Source: an uncultured Flavobacteriaceae bacterium (GTDB taxonomy: Bacteria; Bacteroidota; Bacteroidia; AKYH767-A; OLB10). From it: 47,252 bases of DNA. Position numbers and translations under genes: made by a program. The stretch covers positions 2,202 through 49,453 of the forward strand of contig CAYWHE010000002.1 of NCBI GenBank assembly GCA_964458125.1. Reading direction: 5' to 3'. The notes beneath the pieces were generated by a model. It made no database searches and had not been told where the DNA came from. It was given only the letters and a program-made list of their open reading frames with translations. This document shows positions 37,750-47,124 of the stretch, piece by piece. Numbering within the stretch: the stretch's first letter is position 1; every line of letters starts with the position of its first letter.

Positions 37750-37786
37750 GGTTGAAGGCACACTTCAACCTCATGTGTAATTTTTT
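37750..37786 (+). terminator. Hairpin with displaced T-run; possible terminator of the cbb3 operon
   Basis: 8-bp stem GGTTGAAG (37750-37757) / CTTCAACC (37763-37770) with a 5-nt loop. The T6 run (37781-37786) lies 10 nt downstream, which is non-canonical spacing. Confidence 0.3.
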
Positions 37787-37799
37787 AAAACCTCTAAAC

Positions 37800-38588
37800 A
37801 TGAAGAAAATCAAATCAGAATTTTTTTTACTGGTCCTGTTGACAGTCAGCCTTTCGGCTTGTACTTACAGCACTTACGTGGGCCTGACGGTGAACGAACC
37901 CATGCTGAAGGATGCCGGTGAACGGCAGGGGACCTTGTATATCGGGGCCAACCACCTCGAGTTGCAGGGGGCCTATGCAGCCACGAAACACATCGGCCTG
38001 CTGGCTGACGTATGGAAAGGGTATGACAGGCGGTTTTCCGTTGAATTCATGCCCGGATATTATTACGCTTCACCGACTGGATTTTGCACGGGTGTTTATG
38101 CCGGAGGGGGAATGGCCAACACCAGCGGTTTTAAAGAGATCAATTATTCCACCCTGTTCACGCGTTACAGCGACCGCTACCTCAATCAGGTCCGCTACAC
38201 CACCCTGCTTTGCCAGCCCGCAGTCGGATACAGGCACAAAAACTTTGAAGTGTCTTTTGCTACCCGTTTCGCCTATGTCCGGTTTTCCCAATTCAAAAGC
38301 TGGTACTACCAGATGAATTTGAATGAAGACCAGGATTATAAACTGATGGATTCCTTTCTGACTGGTCATGCCAGCGCCCTGCTGTTTACCCCCGCCATTA
38401 ACTGCAGCATGGGACTGGAACATGTCAAGGTGTTTATTGGAACCAGTGTAACGTGGAGTATGGGCGGCCTGTTCAAGGATGAGATTGGCGGACGTTACCT
38501 GGGCGCCCCTTACCTGTTTTCATCCGGGGTGAAGGTGGACCTGCCTGCTCCGCGTAAATATAAAGGCAAAAACAAGGTTACTTTCTAA
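37800..38588 (+). CDS. Hypothetical lipoprotein, possibly a small outer-membrane beta-barrel
   Basis: I chose ATG 37800 because the track start at 37734 is a TTG. It has a lipobox (LTVSLSAC), an aromatic-rich alternating pattern and a terminal Phe (...NKVTF). No family is recognised. Confidence 0.7.
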   Translation: MKKIKSEFFLLVLLTVSLSACTYSTYVGLTVNEPMLKDAGERQGTLYIGANHLELQGAYAATKHIGLLADVWKGYDRRFSVEFMPGYYYASPTGFCTGVYAGGGMANTSGFKEINYSTLFTRYSDRYLNQVRYTTLLCQPAVGYRHKNFEVSFATRFAYVRFSQFKSWYYQMNLNEDQDYKLMDSFLTGHASALLFTPAINCSMGLEHVKVFIGTSVTWSMGGLFKDEIGGRYLGAPYLFSSGVKVDLPAPRKYKGKNKVTF

Positions 38589-38732
38589 TCCTGCCTTCTG
38601 AAACGCTTCACAGCTTTTTCAGCGGACCTCAAACTTCTGGTCCGGTTATACCATCCGGCCGTAGTTTAGTTGTGATATTTTTCCACTGCCACTGATAAAG
38701 CTTTATTTTTACAGGAAATTTATTTTCATCAG

Positions 38733-40160
38733 ATGAAAATTTCCAGACGAATAACCATAGAGACCATTTTCCTGTTCCTGATGACCGCTTTGTTAACTTC
38801 ATGCAAGCCCGATTTACGGCACGAACAAACCTCAACGGTGGTGACGGATACCGTTACCGTAAAAACCGAAACGGTTGCAACCGGTTATACAGCATCCCTG
38901 GCCGGTATCCAGAACCCGGCTCATGTATACAGCGTGTATGTTCCAACTGTTTATTCCGAAAGGAAATCATGGCCGGTTATTTTTGTTTTTGACGCACATG
39001 CGCGCGGGAAATTGCCGGTAGAAATGTATCAGGAACTGGCGGAAAGCTTTGGTTATATTTTATTTGCTTCGAACAACTCCAGGAACGGCCAGGATATGCA
39101 AACGGCCGCCTCCCTGTTTCTTGAAATGAAAAACGAGGCCATCAGCAGGCTGAATATCGACAGCAGGAGAATGTACACCATGGGTTTTTCAGGCGGTTCC
39201 CGCGTGGCCGCCAATCTGGCCATCAGCCAGGGAGACATTGCCGGTGTCATTGGCTGCAGTGCGGGTTTTCAGGTCGGCAACCAGGCTCTTCCGAATACGC
39301 TCAGCTACATCGGCATTGCCGGCAATGAGGATTTTAACCTGGCCGAAATGAAGGATCTGGACCAGAGCCTTAACATGACCGGCCTGCGGCACCAATTGCT
39401 GATTTTTAACGGCAAACATGAGTGGTGCCCGGTGGAGATCATGCGTGAAGCCTTTTCCTGGATCACCATCAATGCCATGCGTAACCAGTTGATACCAGGC
39501 AGCGACAGCCTTTACCACGCTTTTCTCGGCAGCCAGGAAATCCTGCTTGATAAACTGAAAAAGGAGGGCAATACCTATGAACTTTTTAAGACCAATGAAA
39601 AAATCGTCAACTACCTCGATGGACTCACGGACATTGGTATATACCGGGAACATCTGAATCAGCTGAAAAATTCAGACAAAGTGCTGGCTTACGGCAGTTA
39701 CCTGAACCGCATTGCGGCCGAAGAAGCGAGGCTGCAAAAACAATATGCCGGCTTTATCACCACCCGCGATCTGCCCTGGTGGAAGGCCGAAGTCAGCCAG
39801 TTGCAGCAAGCCATCAGCAGGGATAAAAAAAGGGAAGAGGCCCTGTTTAAAAAACGCCTGTTGAGTTACATGAGCCTCCTGGCCTATATGTACAGCAACC
39901 AGGCATTGACTTCGGGCGACCTGGTGATGGCGAACCGGTTTATTAAAATTTATGAAACGGTTGACCCGGAAAACTCCGAACATGCCTATATGAATGCGCT
40001 GCTGATGATGCAATACAAAAAACCGGCGCTGGCTATAAACGCCCTGAAAAGGGCCGTTGAATTGGGTTTTAATGACCGTGAAAGAATGCTGCAGGAACCG
40101 GCATTCGCCGCTTTATTGGTACTTCCGGAAATGAAAGCCATCACCGACAGTATGCCATAA
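38733..40160 (+). CDS. Hypothetical lipoprotein: alpha/beta-hydrolase-like N-half plus TPR-like helical C-half
   Basis: 475 aa with a lipobox (ALLTSC). GFSGGSRVA resembles a GxSxG nucleophile elbow after WPVIFVFDAHARG. The C-terminal ~180 aa are helical repeats (YMNALLMMQYKKPALAINALKRAVELGFND). Confidence 0.75.
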   Translation: MKISRRITIETIFLFLMTALLTSCKPDLRHEQTSTVVTDTVTVKTETVATGYTASLAGIQNPAHVYSVYVPTVYSERKSWPVIFVFDAHARGKLPVEMYQELAESFGYILFASNNSRNGQDMQTAASLFLEMKNEAISRLNIDSRRMYTMGFSGGSRVAANLAISQGDIAGVIGCSAGFQVGNQALPNTLSYIGIAGNEDFNLAEMKDLDQSLNMTGLRHQLLIFNGKHEWCPVEIMREAFSWITINAMRNQLIPGSDSLYHAFLGSQEILLDKLKKEGNTYELFKTNEKIVNYLDGLTDIGIYREHLNQLKNSDKVLAYGSYLNRIAAEEARLQKQYAGFITTRDLPWWKAEVSQLQQAISRDKKREEALFKKRLLSYMSLLAYMYSNQALTSGDLVMANRFIKIYETVDPENSEHAYMNALLMMQYKKPALAINALKRAVELGFNDRERMLQEPAFAALLVLPEMKAITDSMP

Positions 40161-40496
40161 ATGCAAAGCCTGTTTGATCCATCACCCTTCGGTCCAAACA
40201 ATCTTTCAAAAAATTGAATCCAAAGGGTATTGGACGGAATATTTGCTTCCAATCAGTTCACCTTGCCTCCGGCAGCAGGTTGCACGGGACGGGCTTACAG
40301 CATGGTCAACCATTCCACACCGTCAATGGTAATTTCAGTTGTGGCCAATGGCAGTTTAACCAATGCGGCAGCCCGGACGGCCGGATCAGCCATACCAATC
40401 ATTTCCGACGCCAGTGTTAGGAGAAAGATCATTTAACAGGCCGGGAATGCATTCCGGAATCTGATCCGAAAGGAAACGGAATAGCGATACAGTTTC

Positions 40497-40518
40497 AGGG
40501 CCTTATGGGCCCTTTTCT
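40497..40518 (+). terminator. Terminator-like hairpin in an otherwise unassigned 598-bp gap
   Basis: AGGGCC (40497-40502) pairs with GGCCCT (40508-40513) around a 5-nt loop, followed by TTTCT. It lies 335 nt past the nearest upstream stop. Confidence 0.3.
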
Positions 40519-40758
40519 GTTGCTGTTGCATGGTCGAACCATCCCTGGTTTAGGGGTTCCGGTATAAAATGCGGTGAGGCTGACTTACACCATATCCCTT
40601 CAACAGAGATCCGGTAAAAGGGCGCTGACCGGTTTTTGATCAAAGGCTGCGCTTTAATCGATAATTACAACCGATTGCTCATTCAGGTATGCAGTTTTTT
40701 CAGATATGACGGATTTTTGGGGTATCAAATACAACAAACAATCTAAAAACTCAATATC

Positions 40759-42663
40759 ATGAAAACAACCATTCAAAATTTCCTTGCTTTATTAATTCTG
40801 CTCTCGGCCGTCCTGAATGGCCTGGACTCGATGGCCCAGGTAGGCATCAACACCCTGTCGCCCAATTCGTCTTCCATGCTCGACATTGCTTCCAGCGACA
40901 AAGGACTGCTGATTCCCCGGATGACTTCCGTTCAGCGTTTAGCCATCCCGGCTCCGGCAACGGGACTGATGGTGTATGAAACCACCACCAACCAGTTCTT
41001 TTATTTTGACGGTATTACCTGGAGGCCTTTGGCATCCAACGGTACCGCCTGGAACCTGACCGGCAATACCGGAACGAATTCCGCCGCCAATTTCGTCGGA
41101 ACAACCGATGCCACCGATCTCGTTTTCCGCACCAACAATACGGAGAAAACAAGAATCACCAGCGCCGGCAATATGGGTGTGGGAACACCGGTGCCAACGT
41201 CCAGAATAAGCGCTGCCAGATTCGGCGGTATTGATGATATCCTGTCACTTCGTGATGACTCCAGCAGCATCGTGGTCGGGACCGATTTCGATATACCCGG
41301 CATCATGAGAATTCGCCCGACAAGCGGAAAAGGGGTAGCCATCACCAACAACGGTGATGCGGTTGGCGTATTTGTGAAGTCAGATGCCACTGCCAACGTG
41401 GGTATTGGAACAACCTCACCGGCCAGCAGACTGCACGTGCTTAAAAACGGTGTATCCGGTATTGCTCCTGATGCCAATGCCGTTATCACCGCCGAAAACA
41501 ACAGCACCAGCTACGTCAATATCTTATCTCCTTCCACGACTGAAAACGGAATCATGTTCGGCATCGGTGGGGGCTTTACGCCGTCGGCCAATAACGGAGG
41601 AATCATTTATAATGCCTCCGGAACCAGGAAAGGGTTTCAATTCAGAACAGATGGCAATCTGACGAAGATGTTTCTGGACAGCAATGGACGCGTGGGAATC
41701 GGAATCAGTCCGCTGGTCGCCAAACTGGATGTCCTGGTGAGTACTACCCTCGACACCATCATATACCGCGGCAGAAATTCCTCATCCTCCGGAACAACCA
41801 CCCAGATCGGCAGCATAGAATGGTTCAGGGACTTTTCAAATACCATCGACTTTAATAATAATTCAAACAGCGCCCAGTTTTCCATAAACGTAAACAACAA
41901 CGCCACCCATGATCTTCAACTGGCCTTTGATGATGCCGCCAAACCCGGCACCAACACCTGGACCATCAGTTCCGATGCCCGGTTGAAGGATGATGTGAAA
42001 ACATTCAAGGACGGCCTGGAAACCATTGCGGAAATCAACCCCGTGTATTATGAATACAACGGAAAAGCCGGTACACCCAAAGGCGAATATTTTGTTGGCG
42101 TGCTGGCCCAGGACATGAAAAAGGCTGCGCCATACATGGTCGGTTCCTTTGAATACACGCCTGATGCAAAAAATCTCGATAACCGGGAAACCTATCTTTC
42201 CGTGAACAACGGAGCGCTGACCTATGTGCTGGTGAATGCCGTGAAGGAATTGAATGAAATGGCCGTCAAATCAAACCAGGCGCTGGAGAATATCACGGAT
42301 TTCGGTGTGCAGTCCATGAACGGCACTGAAATGAACGTCAGTTTCAGCCCTTCATTTGCCTCCAGGATCGCTGGCGGAAATCTTCCCGTGGTAACCGTTT
42401 CAGCCGTCAACAGCGATGCCCGTGTGTACGTAAAAAATGTAAACGGCCAGGGATTCACCCTGGTGACCTCTGATCCCCAGACTCAGGTCAACTGGATCGC
42501 TGCAGGTAAACTCGAGCAAAGCCGTTTGTCAGTTTCGAAACAATACACTACCGAAGAGCGGCAGGATCTCATCAGCAAAGTTAAGGTGAAGCATGCCGCC
42601 ATCCGCACAGCAGAGGAAGATGCAGAAACGGCCAAAAGAAGGGCTTCAGGGGAAATCAAATAA
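40759..42663 (+). CDS. Secreted fibre protein with S74 intramolecular-chaperone-like (tail-fibre) domain; no recognisable T9SS CTD
   Basis: 634 aa with a signal peptide. Its N-module is homologous to that of the 818-aa protein (VGINTLSPNSSSMLDIASSDKGLLIPRMTSVQRLAIPAPATGLMVYETT..FFYFDGITW). G.VGIGT..P...L.V motifs recur. The S74-like segment reads WTISSDARLKDDV...INPVYYEYN...GVLAQDMKKAAPYMV...NGALTYVLVNAVKELNE. The C-terminus is a basic/acidic tail. Confidence 0.85.
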   Translation: MKTTIQNFLALLILLSAVLNGLDSMAQVGINTLSPNSSSMLDIASSDKGLLIPRMTSVQRLAIPAPATGLMVYETTTNQFFYFDGITWRPLASNGTAWNLTGNTGTNSAANFVGTTDATDLVFRTNNTEKTRITSAGNMGVGTPVPTSRISAARFGGIDDILSLRDDSSSIVVGTDFDIPGIMRIRPTSGKGVAITNNGDAVGVFVKSDATANVGIGTTSPASRLHVLKNGVSGIAPDANAVITAENNSTSYVNILSPSTTENGIMFGIGGGFTPSANNGGIIYNASGTRKGFQFRTDGNLTKMFLDSNGRVGIGISPLVAKLDVLVSTTLDTIIYRGRNSSSSGTTTQIGSIEWFRDFSNTIDFNNNSNSAQFSINVNNNATHDLQLAFDDAAKPGTNTWTISSDARLKDDVKTFKDGLETIAEINPVYYEYNGKAGTPKGEYFVGVLAQDMKKAAPYMVGSFEYTPDAKNLDNRETYLSVNNGALTYVLVNAVKELNEMAVKSNQALENITDFGVQSMNGTEMNVSFSPSFASRIAGGNLPVVTVSAVNSDARVYVKNVNGQGFTLVTSDPQTQVNWIAAGKLEQSRLSVSKQYTTEERQDLISKVKVKHAAIRTAEEDAETAKRRASGEIK

Positions 42664-42716
42664 ACCGTTAAACGGGATTCCTTCATCAAACCTCAACCCA
42701 TTAAAACCGAATCATC

Positions 42717-44333
42717 ATGAAAAATAAACTGATCTACTACTCATCCATCGTCCTCTTCCTGATCGCATTGCAGTTACTTATTCTCTCCGCTCATGCACAG
42801 GTTGATATGGTCCAGGATAATGTACCGGTGTCGTTAAGCAGCGGCACCACCCTGTTTACGAATGGAAACATCACCTTCAGCGGCACTTCAGCCGTTGAAA
42901 ATAACGGAACCATCCAGCTTTCCGGGAACTGGAACAACAATTCAACGGGGAATGTATTCACGGCCGCCGGCGGTACGGTGATCATGCAAGGCGGAGCCCA
43001 GGTAATTGCCGGTACCAAACCGACATTCTTCAACACCCTGCAGGTGAACTCCACGAGCGTGACACTTGACCAGGATATCACGACAGGTCTGACTAACGGA
43101 TTTCCCTCCTCGGGCGACTTGTTGCTGGTCAACGGTAATTTCTTTCTCAACAGCCACCTGCTTACTGTTGCCAACAATGCCACAACGGGAATCACCCGTA
43201 CTTCCGGGATGATCATCAGCGAAACGGATGGCTTAGCCGGCTATGGCAGGGTGCAATGGAACATCGGCGGGTTTTCGAATAACTATATAATTCCGTTTGG
43301 AAATGCCGTGAGCAACAACCTGGTTCCATTTTCTTTCTCCGTAACAACAGGAGGCGTGCCATCCGGAACAGGTCTGGGCTCGTTTACGGCTTCCACATAC
43401 CCGACCACCACCCTGGCCAATCCGAATAACCGCCCTCTGCCAACAGGTGTTACGCATTTGAACAATGCACTGAACCTGGATAATTTCGCACAGACCCTCG
43501 ACCGTTTCTGGGTTCTTGATGTGGCGGGTTATGCTACCAATCCTACGGCAACGATGACCATGACCTACCGCGACAGCGAACACGATGCCAGCAACGGAAG
43601 TACGAACACCATCACCGAGTCCCTGCTCAAAGCTCAGCGCTGGGATGGGGTTCAATGGACGGCTCAGACCGGAACCATCAACGCCGCATCCAACACCATG
43701 ATAATCAGCGGCACCAATATCTTTAACGGTTCCTGGGCTTTGGCCGGCAGCAATTCCCCGCTTCCCATTGAATTGCTGGCTTTCGATGCCCGTCTGAACC
43801 ATAAAAAAACCGTGGATCTGACCTGGGCAACAGCCGCTGAAATCAACAACGATTATTTTACGATGGAGCGTTCTGCCGACGGTACGAATTTCGAAAGCAT
43901 CGGTACCGTCGATGGAGCCGGAAACAGTAATCAGCCGCTTCATTACCGGGGTGAAGATGAAAATCCTTTCCGCGGAATATCTTACTATCGCCTGAAACAA
44001 ACTGATTTTGACGGCCGCTTTACTTACTCCGATATTAAAAAAGTACGTATCGAGGAAGGCAGCACCGCTGTTGTTCAAGTTTCAGTTTATCCAAACCCGG
44101 CCACTGACCATGCTTACATACAAATACAGGGCGCCGGCATCCAGGAAAACAGCCGAATGGAGGTTTACAATGCACTGGGACAGGTGGTGTCCCATGACTT
44201 CCTGGCCGGCATGGGCAGCGGCAAAGCGGGCGTATACGAACTGCATACCGGAAATTTCAATTCAGGATTTTACCTGGTACGCATCCTGAACGGAGATGAC
44301 ATGCTGGGATCGCAAAAGCTGATCGTTAAATAA
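42717..44333 (+). CDS. T9SS type-A sorting-domain protein of unknown function
   Basis: 538 aa with a signal peptide and a beta-helix-like N-half. An Ig/FN3-like module is present (PLPIELLAFDARLNHKKTVDLTWATAAEINNDYFTMERSADGTNFESIG...YYRLKQTDFDGRFTYS). The C-terminal Por-secretion-tail reads VSVYPNPATDHAYIQ...GFYLVRIL...KLIVK. It starts 53 nt after the preceding gene. Confidence 0.85.
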   Translation: MKNKLIYYSSIVLFLIALQLLILSAHAQVDMVQDNVPVSLSSGTTLFTNGNITFSGTSAVENNGTIQLSGNWNNNSTGNVFTAAGGTVIMQGGAQVIAGTKPTFFNTLQVNSTSVTLDQDITTGLTNGFPSSGDLLLVNGNFFLNSHLLTVANNATTGITRTSGMIISETDGLAGYGRVQWNIGGFSNNYIIPFGNAVSNNLVPFSFSVTTGGVPSGTGLGSFTASTYPTTTLANPNNRPLPTGVTHLNNALNLDNFAQTLDRFWVLDVAGYATNPTATMTMTYRDSEHDASNGSTNTITESLLKAQRWDGVQWTAQTGTINAASNTMIISGTNIFNGSWALAGSNSPLPIELLAFDARLNHKKTVDLTWATAAEINNDYFTMERSADGTNFESIGTVDGAGNSNQPLHYRGEDENPFRGISYYRLKQTDFDGRFTYSDIKKVRIEEGSTAVVQVSVYPNPATDHAYIQIQGAGIQENSRMEVYNALGQVVSHDFLAGMGSGKAGVYELHTGNFNSGFYLVRILNGDDMLGSQKLIVK

Positions 44334-44374
44334 AATAGCCGTTGAATAATTGGATTGTTTGATACTTTTGGTGA

Positions 44375-44407
44375 ATCATCCCGCTTCAGGCGGGATGATT
44401 TTTTTTA
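44375..44407 (+). terminator. Rho-independent terminator
   Basis: ATCATCCCGC (44375-44384) pairs with GCGGGATGAT (44390-44399) around a 5-nt loop, followed by T8 (44400-44407). Confidence 0.7.
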
Positions 44408-44516
44408 TGCCGGCCGGCCCGACATCCGCCGTACAACCGTACATGGAATTTATCTCCTGAAATATCCTGAACCAGGAGAGGAACATTTCCATATTCGGAA
44501 ATATTTTTAAATTACC

Positions 44517-44524
44517 TATCTTTG
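44517..44524 (+). promoter_or_regulatory. Candidate -7 promoter box TATCTTTG (TAnnTTTG) for rnpB
   Basis: Perfect consensus ending about 9 nt before the predicted 5' end of the RNase P RNA. Confidence 0.5.
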
Positions 44525-44533
44525 CATGAATAA

Positions 44534-44923
44534 GAAACGCAAACCGTCCTGTCGCTTTCCGGGTTAAACCGGGGGGAGGAAAGTCCGGGCAACAAAGGGC
44601 GCCACACTTCCTAACGGGAAGGTCAACGGGTAACCGGTGAACAGACAGTGCCACAGAAAATAACCGTCCCGCTTCCGGCGGGATAAGGGTGAAAACGTGA
44701 GGTAAGAGCTCACGGGTGTTTGCAGTGATGCAGGCACCGGGTAAACCTTGTGGGTTGAAAGACCAAATATATCCGGTTCCGGGGACGGCCCGTTCCCGTC
44801 CAGGCAGTAATGCCTGGCAACCGGAAGGGTAGGTTGATAGAGGTGAACGGCAACGTTCATCCCAGATAAATGACAGGATGCTGCTTAGGCAGTAACAGAA
44901 CCCGGCTTACAGGTTTGCGTTTT
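44534..44923 (+). ncRNA. rnpB: RNase P RNA, bacterial type A
   Basis: The P4 strands are both present: GAGGAAAGTCCGGGC (5' strand) and ACAGAACCCGGCTTA (3' strand). P1 pairs AAACGCAAACC (44535-44545) with GGTTTGCGTTT (44912-44922). P2 pairs CCTGTC with GACAGG. A T-run follows. The ends are accurate to a few nt. Confidence 0.9.
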
Positions 44924-45054
44924 TTTTATGAATCAGTTCAGGGCTGAATCCCTGGATCCATAATTCAACCGCTAAAGGGACGATTTTTCAAAATCTTTTC
45001 TTTCAGAAAAAGCTGCTGAATAACTGAAACTTCTTCTTACTTTGCACATCCTTT

Positions 45055-47124
45055 ATGCGGAAGTTATTGATTTTTATTTCCAACAAGCATGAGATGATTT
45101 TGCGCAGCATCATCATCGTGGCCTCCGTGCTGGTGATGGTTTATCTCATGCCGCATCACATCCGCTACAGGCTGGAGTATAAGAAGGGTAAACCATGGAC
45201 CGGAGAAACTCTTCAGGCGCCATATCGCTTTGCCATTCTCAAATCACGGGATTCCCTGGAAACGGAAAAACGGCAGCTCATGCTGGAGGCCCCCGTCTGT
45301 TACGGACTTGATTCTGTGGTCAGACAAAAGGTTTTGACGGGGTTCAGGAAAAACCTGACCGGGTCGTTTAGCGGGCTGATCGTTCCCAGGGCGGAACCGG
45401 AATCCGATGCAGGCAAAATGCTGTCTACCGGCGAGGAAGTTTTGCATAACCTTTATCAGACAGGAATCATCCATCTGTCGAAAAGCAGCCCGGAAATGAG
45501 CGGGAAGCCCGTCATGCTGATCACCGGAAATAAATTCACCTACCGGGAACCCGAAGAGTTTTATACCATCACCTCGGCCCGCGATTATATTCATGGTTTC
45601 CTGTTCTCCAACCCGGCTCCCTTTAACGACAGGCTGGAGCAGCAGCTCATACAGGTGCTCGAACCGGATGTTTATTATGACGAGGCCACCACCTCCAAAA
45701 TCAAGGACCAGTTGCTGGAAGGCATTTCCCTCACGCACGGTTACGTCAACAAGGGCGATGTCATTATTGCCAAAGGCGAGCTGGTGGATTCCAGGAAAAG
45801 TTTGCTCATCGAATCCCTGAGGGCCACCTTTGAACGCAGGGATGAACCCGTGGAGAGTACGGGAGAGGTCCTGGCCGGCCACCTGGCCCTGGTGAGCATC
45901 GCCATCGGTGTGCTGATGATCTTCGTAGCTCTTTTCCGCAAGGATGTTTTTGCCGATAATAAACGCATGACCATCATTTTCCTGTCCATCATCCTGCTGG
46001 TTTTTGTGTATTCGAGGGCCCTGCGTATGGAAGCGGTAAACCTTTACATCGTGCCCTGCTGTATATTGCCCATCGTCATCCGGGCCTTTTTCGACACGCG
46101 CGTGGCCTTGTTCACCCATGTGATCACCATCCTGATTTTAGGCTCCATCGCGCCCAACAGTTTTGAATTTGTGTACATGCAGATCATTGCCGGTATGGTA
46201 GCCATTTTCAGCATTGTCAATCTCCGCAACCGCTCCCAGTTGTTTATAGCCACCAGCCTGATCTTCCTGGCTTACCTGGTTTGTTACATCGGTCAGAGCA
46301 TCATCCATGAAGGAAGCATACTCCGGGTGGAATGGGCCAATACCACCTGGCTCTTTGCCAACGCCATCCTCACCCTGTTCGCTTACCCGATCATTTACGT
46401 ATACGAGAAGGTGTTTGGGGTTATTTCCGATGTCAAGTTAATTGAGTTGTCCGATGTCAACGTTCCGTTGCTGAGGGAGCTTTCACTCAAGGCACCCGGC
46501 ACCTTCCAGCATTCCATGCAGGTGGCCAACCTGGCCGAGGCAGCCGTTTACAGGATCGGCGGAAATGCTTTGCTGGTCAGGGTTGGCGCCATGTACCACG
46601 ACATCGGCAAGATGGACATGCCCATGTATTTTATCGAAAACCAGAGTACGCAGGTCAATCCACATGACGAACTGACCTTTGATGAAAGCGCCAGGATCAT
46701 CATCAGTCACGTGATCAAGGGAATTGAAAAGGCGAAGAAACACAACCTGCCCGACCTGATCATTGATTTTATCCGCACCCATCACGGTACCACCATGGTG
46801 CAGTATTTCTACCAGAGTTTCCTGAAAAATTACCCGGAGAAAATTCTGCATGAAGAGGATTTTCAGTACCCGGGACCCATTCCGTTTTCCAGGGAAACAG
46901 CCGTGCTCATGATGGCCGATTCGGTGGAAGCTTCTTCGAGAAGCCTTCCCAACCCCGATGAGGAATCCATTGATGAACTGGTGGAAGCCATTATCGACAG
47001 GCAGATAGCCCAGCAGCAGTTTATCAATTGCGATATTACCTTTAAGGATATCACGGTCATCAAAAAGCTTTTTAAGAAAATGCTCATGAGCATTTACCAT
47101 GTGCGTATTGAATACCCGCACTGA
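45055..47124 (+). CDS. 7TM-receptor-type HD/HDIG phosphohydrolase (PgpH/YqfF-like)
   Basis: 689 aa. It has an N-terminal TM helix and an extracytoplasmic region, followed by a block of seven TM helices (aa ~270-460). The cytoplasmic HD domain is recognisable (FQHSMQVANLAE...AMYHDIGK...FIRTHHGT). Confidence 0.9.
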   Translation: MRKLLIFISNKHEMILRSIIIVASVLVMVYLMPHHIRYRLEYKKGKPWTGETLQAPYRFAILKSRDSLETEKRQLMLEAPVCYGLDSVVRQKVLTGFRKNLTGSFSGLIVPRAEPESDAGKMLSTGEEVLHNLYQTGIIHLSKSSPEMSGKPVMLITGNKFTYREPEEFYTITSARDYIHGFLFSNPAPFNDRLEQQLIQVLEPDVYYDEATTSKIKDQLLEGISLTHGYVNKGDVIIAKGELVDSRKSLLIESLRATFERRDEPVESTGEVLAGHLALVSIAIGVLMIFVALFRKDVFADNKRMTIIFLSIILLVFVYSRALRMEAVNLYIVPCCILPIVIRAFFDTRVALFTHVITILILGSIAPNSFEFVYMQIIAGMVAIFSIVNLRNRSQLFIATSLIFLAYLVCYIGQSIIHEGSILRVEWANTTWLFANAILTLFAYPIIYVYEKVFGVISDVKLIELSDVNVPLLRELSLKAPGTFQHSMQVANLAEAAVYRIGGNALLVRVGAMYHDIGKMDMPMYFIENQSTQVNPHDELTFDESARIIISHVIKGIEKAKKHNLPDLIIDFIRTHHGTTMVQYFYQSFLKNYPEKILHEEDFQYPGPIPFSRETAVLMMADSVEASSRSLPNPDEESIDELVEAIIDRQIAQQQFINCDITFKDITVIKKLFKKMLMSIYHVRIEYPH

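Noticed and set aside
40214-40436. Plus-strand ORFs 40214-40420 and 40230-40436
   Set aside because: They are two overlapping frames with non-ATG starts, no recognisable motifs and low-complexity composition. I kept only the observation that the region is unassigned.
44376-44860. ORFs 44376-44654 and 44564-44860 on the minus strand
   Set aside because: They overlap the RNase P RNA gene, whose conserved P4 strands and P1/P2 pairings explain the region.
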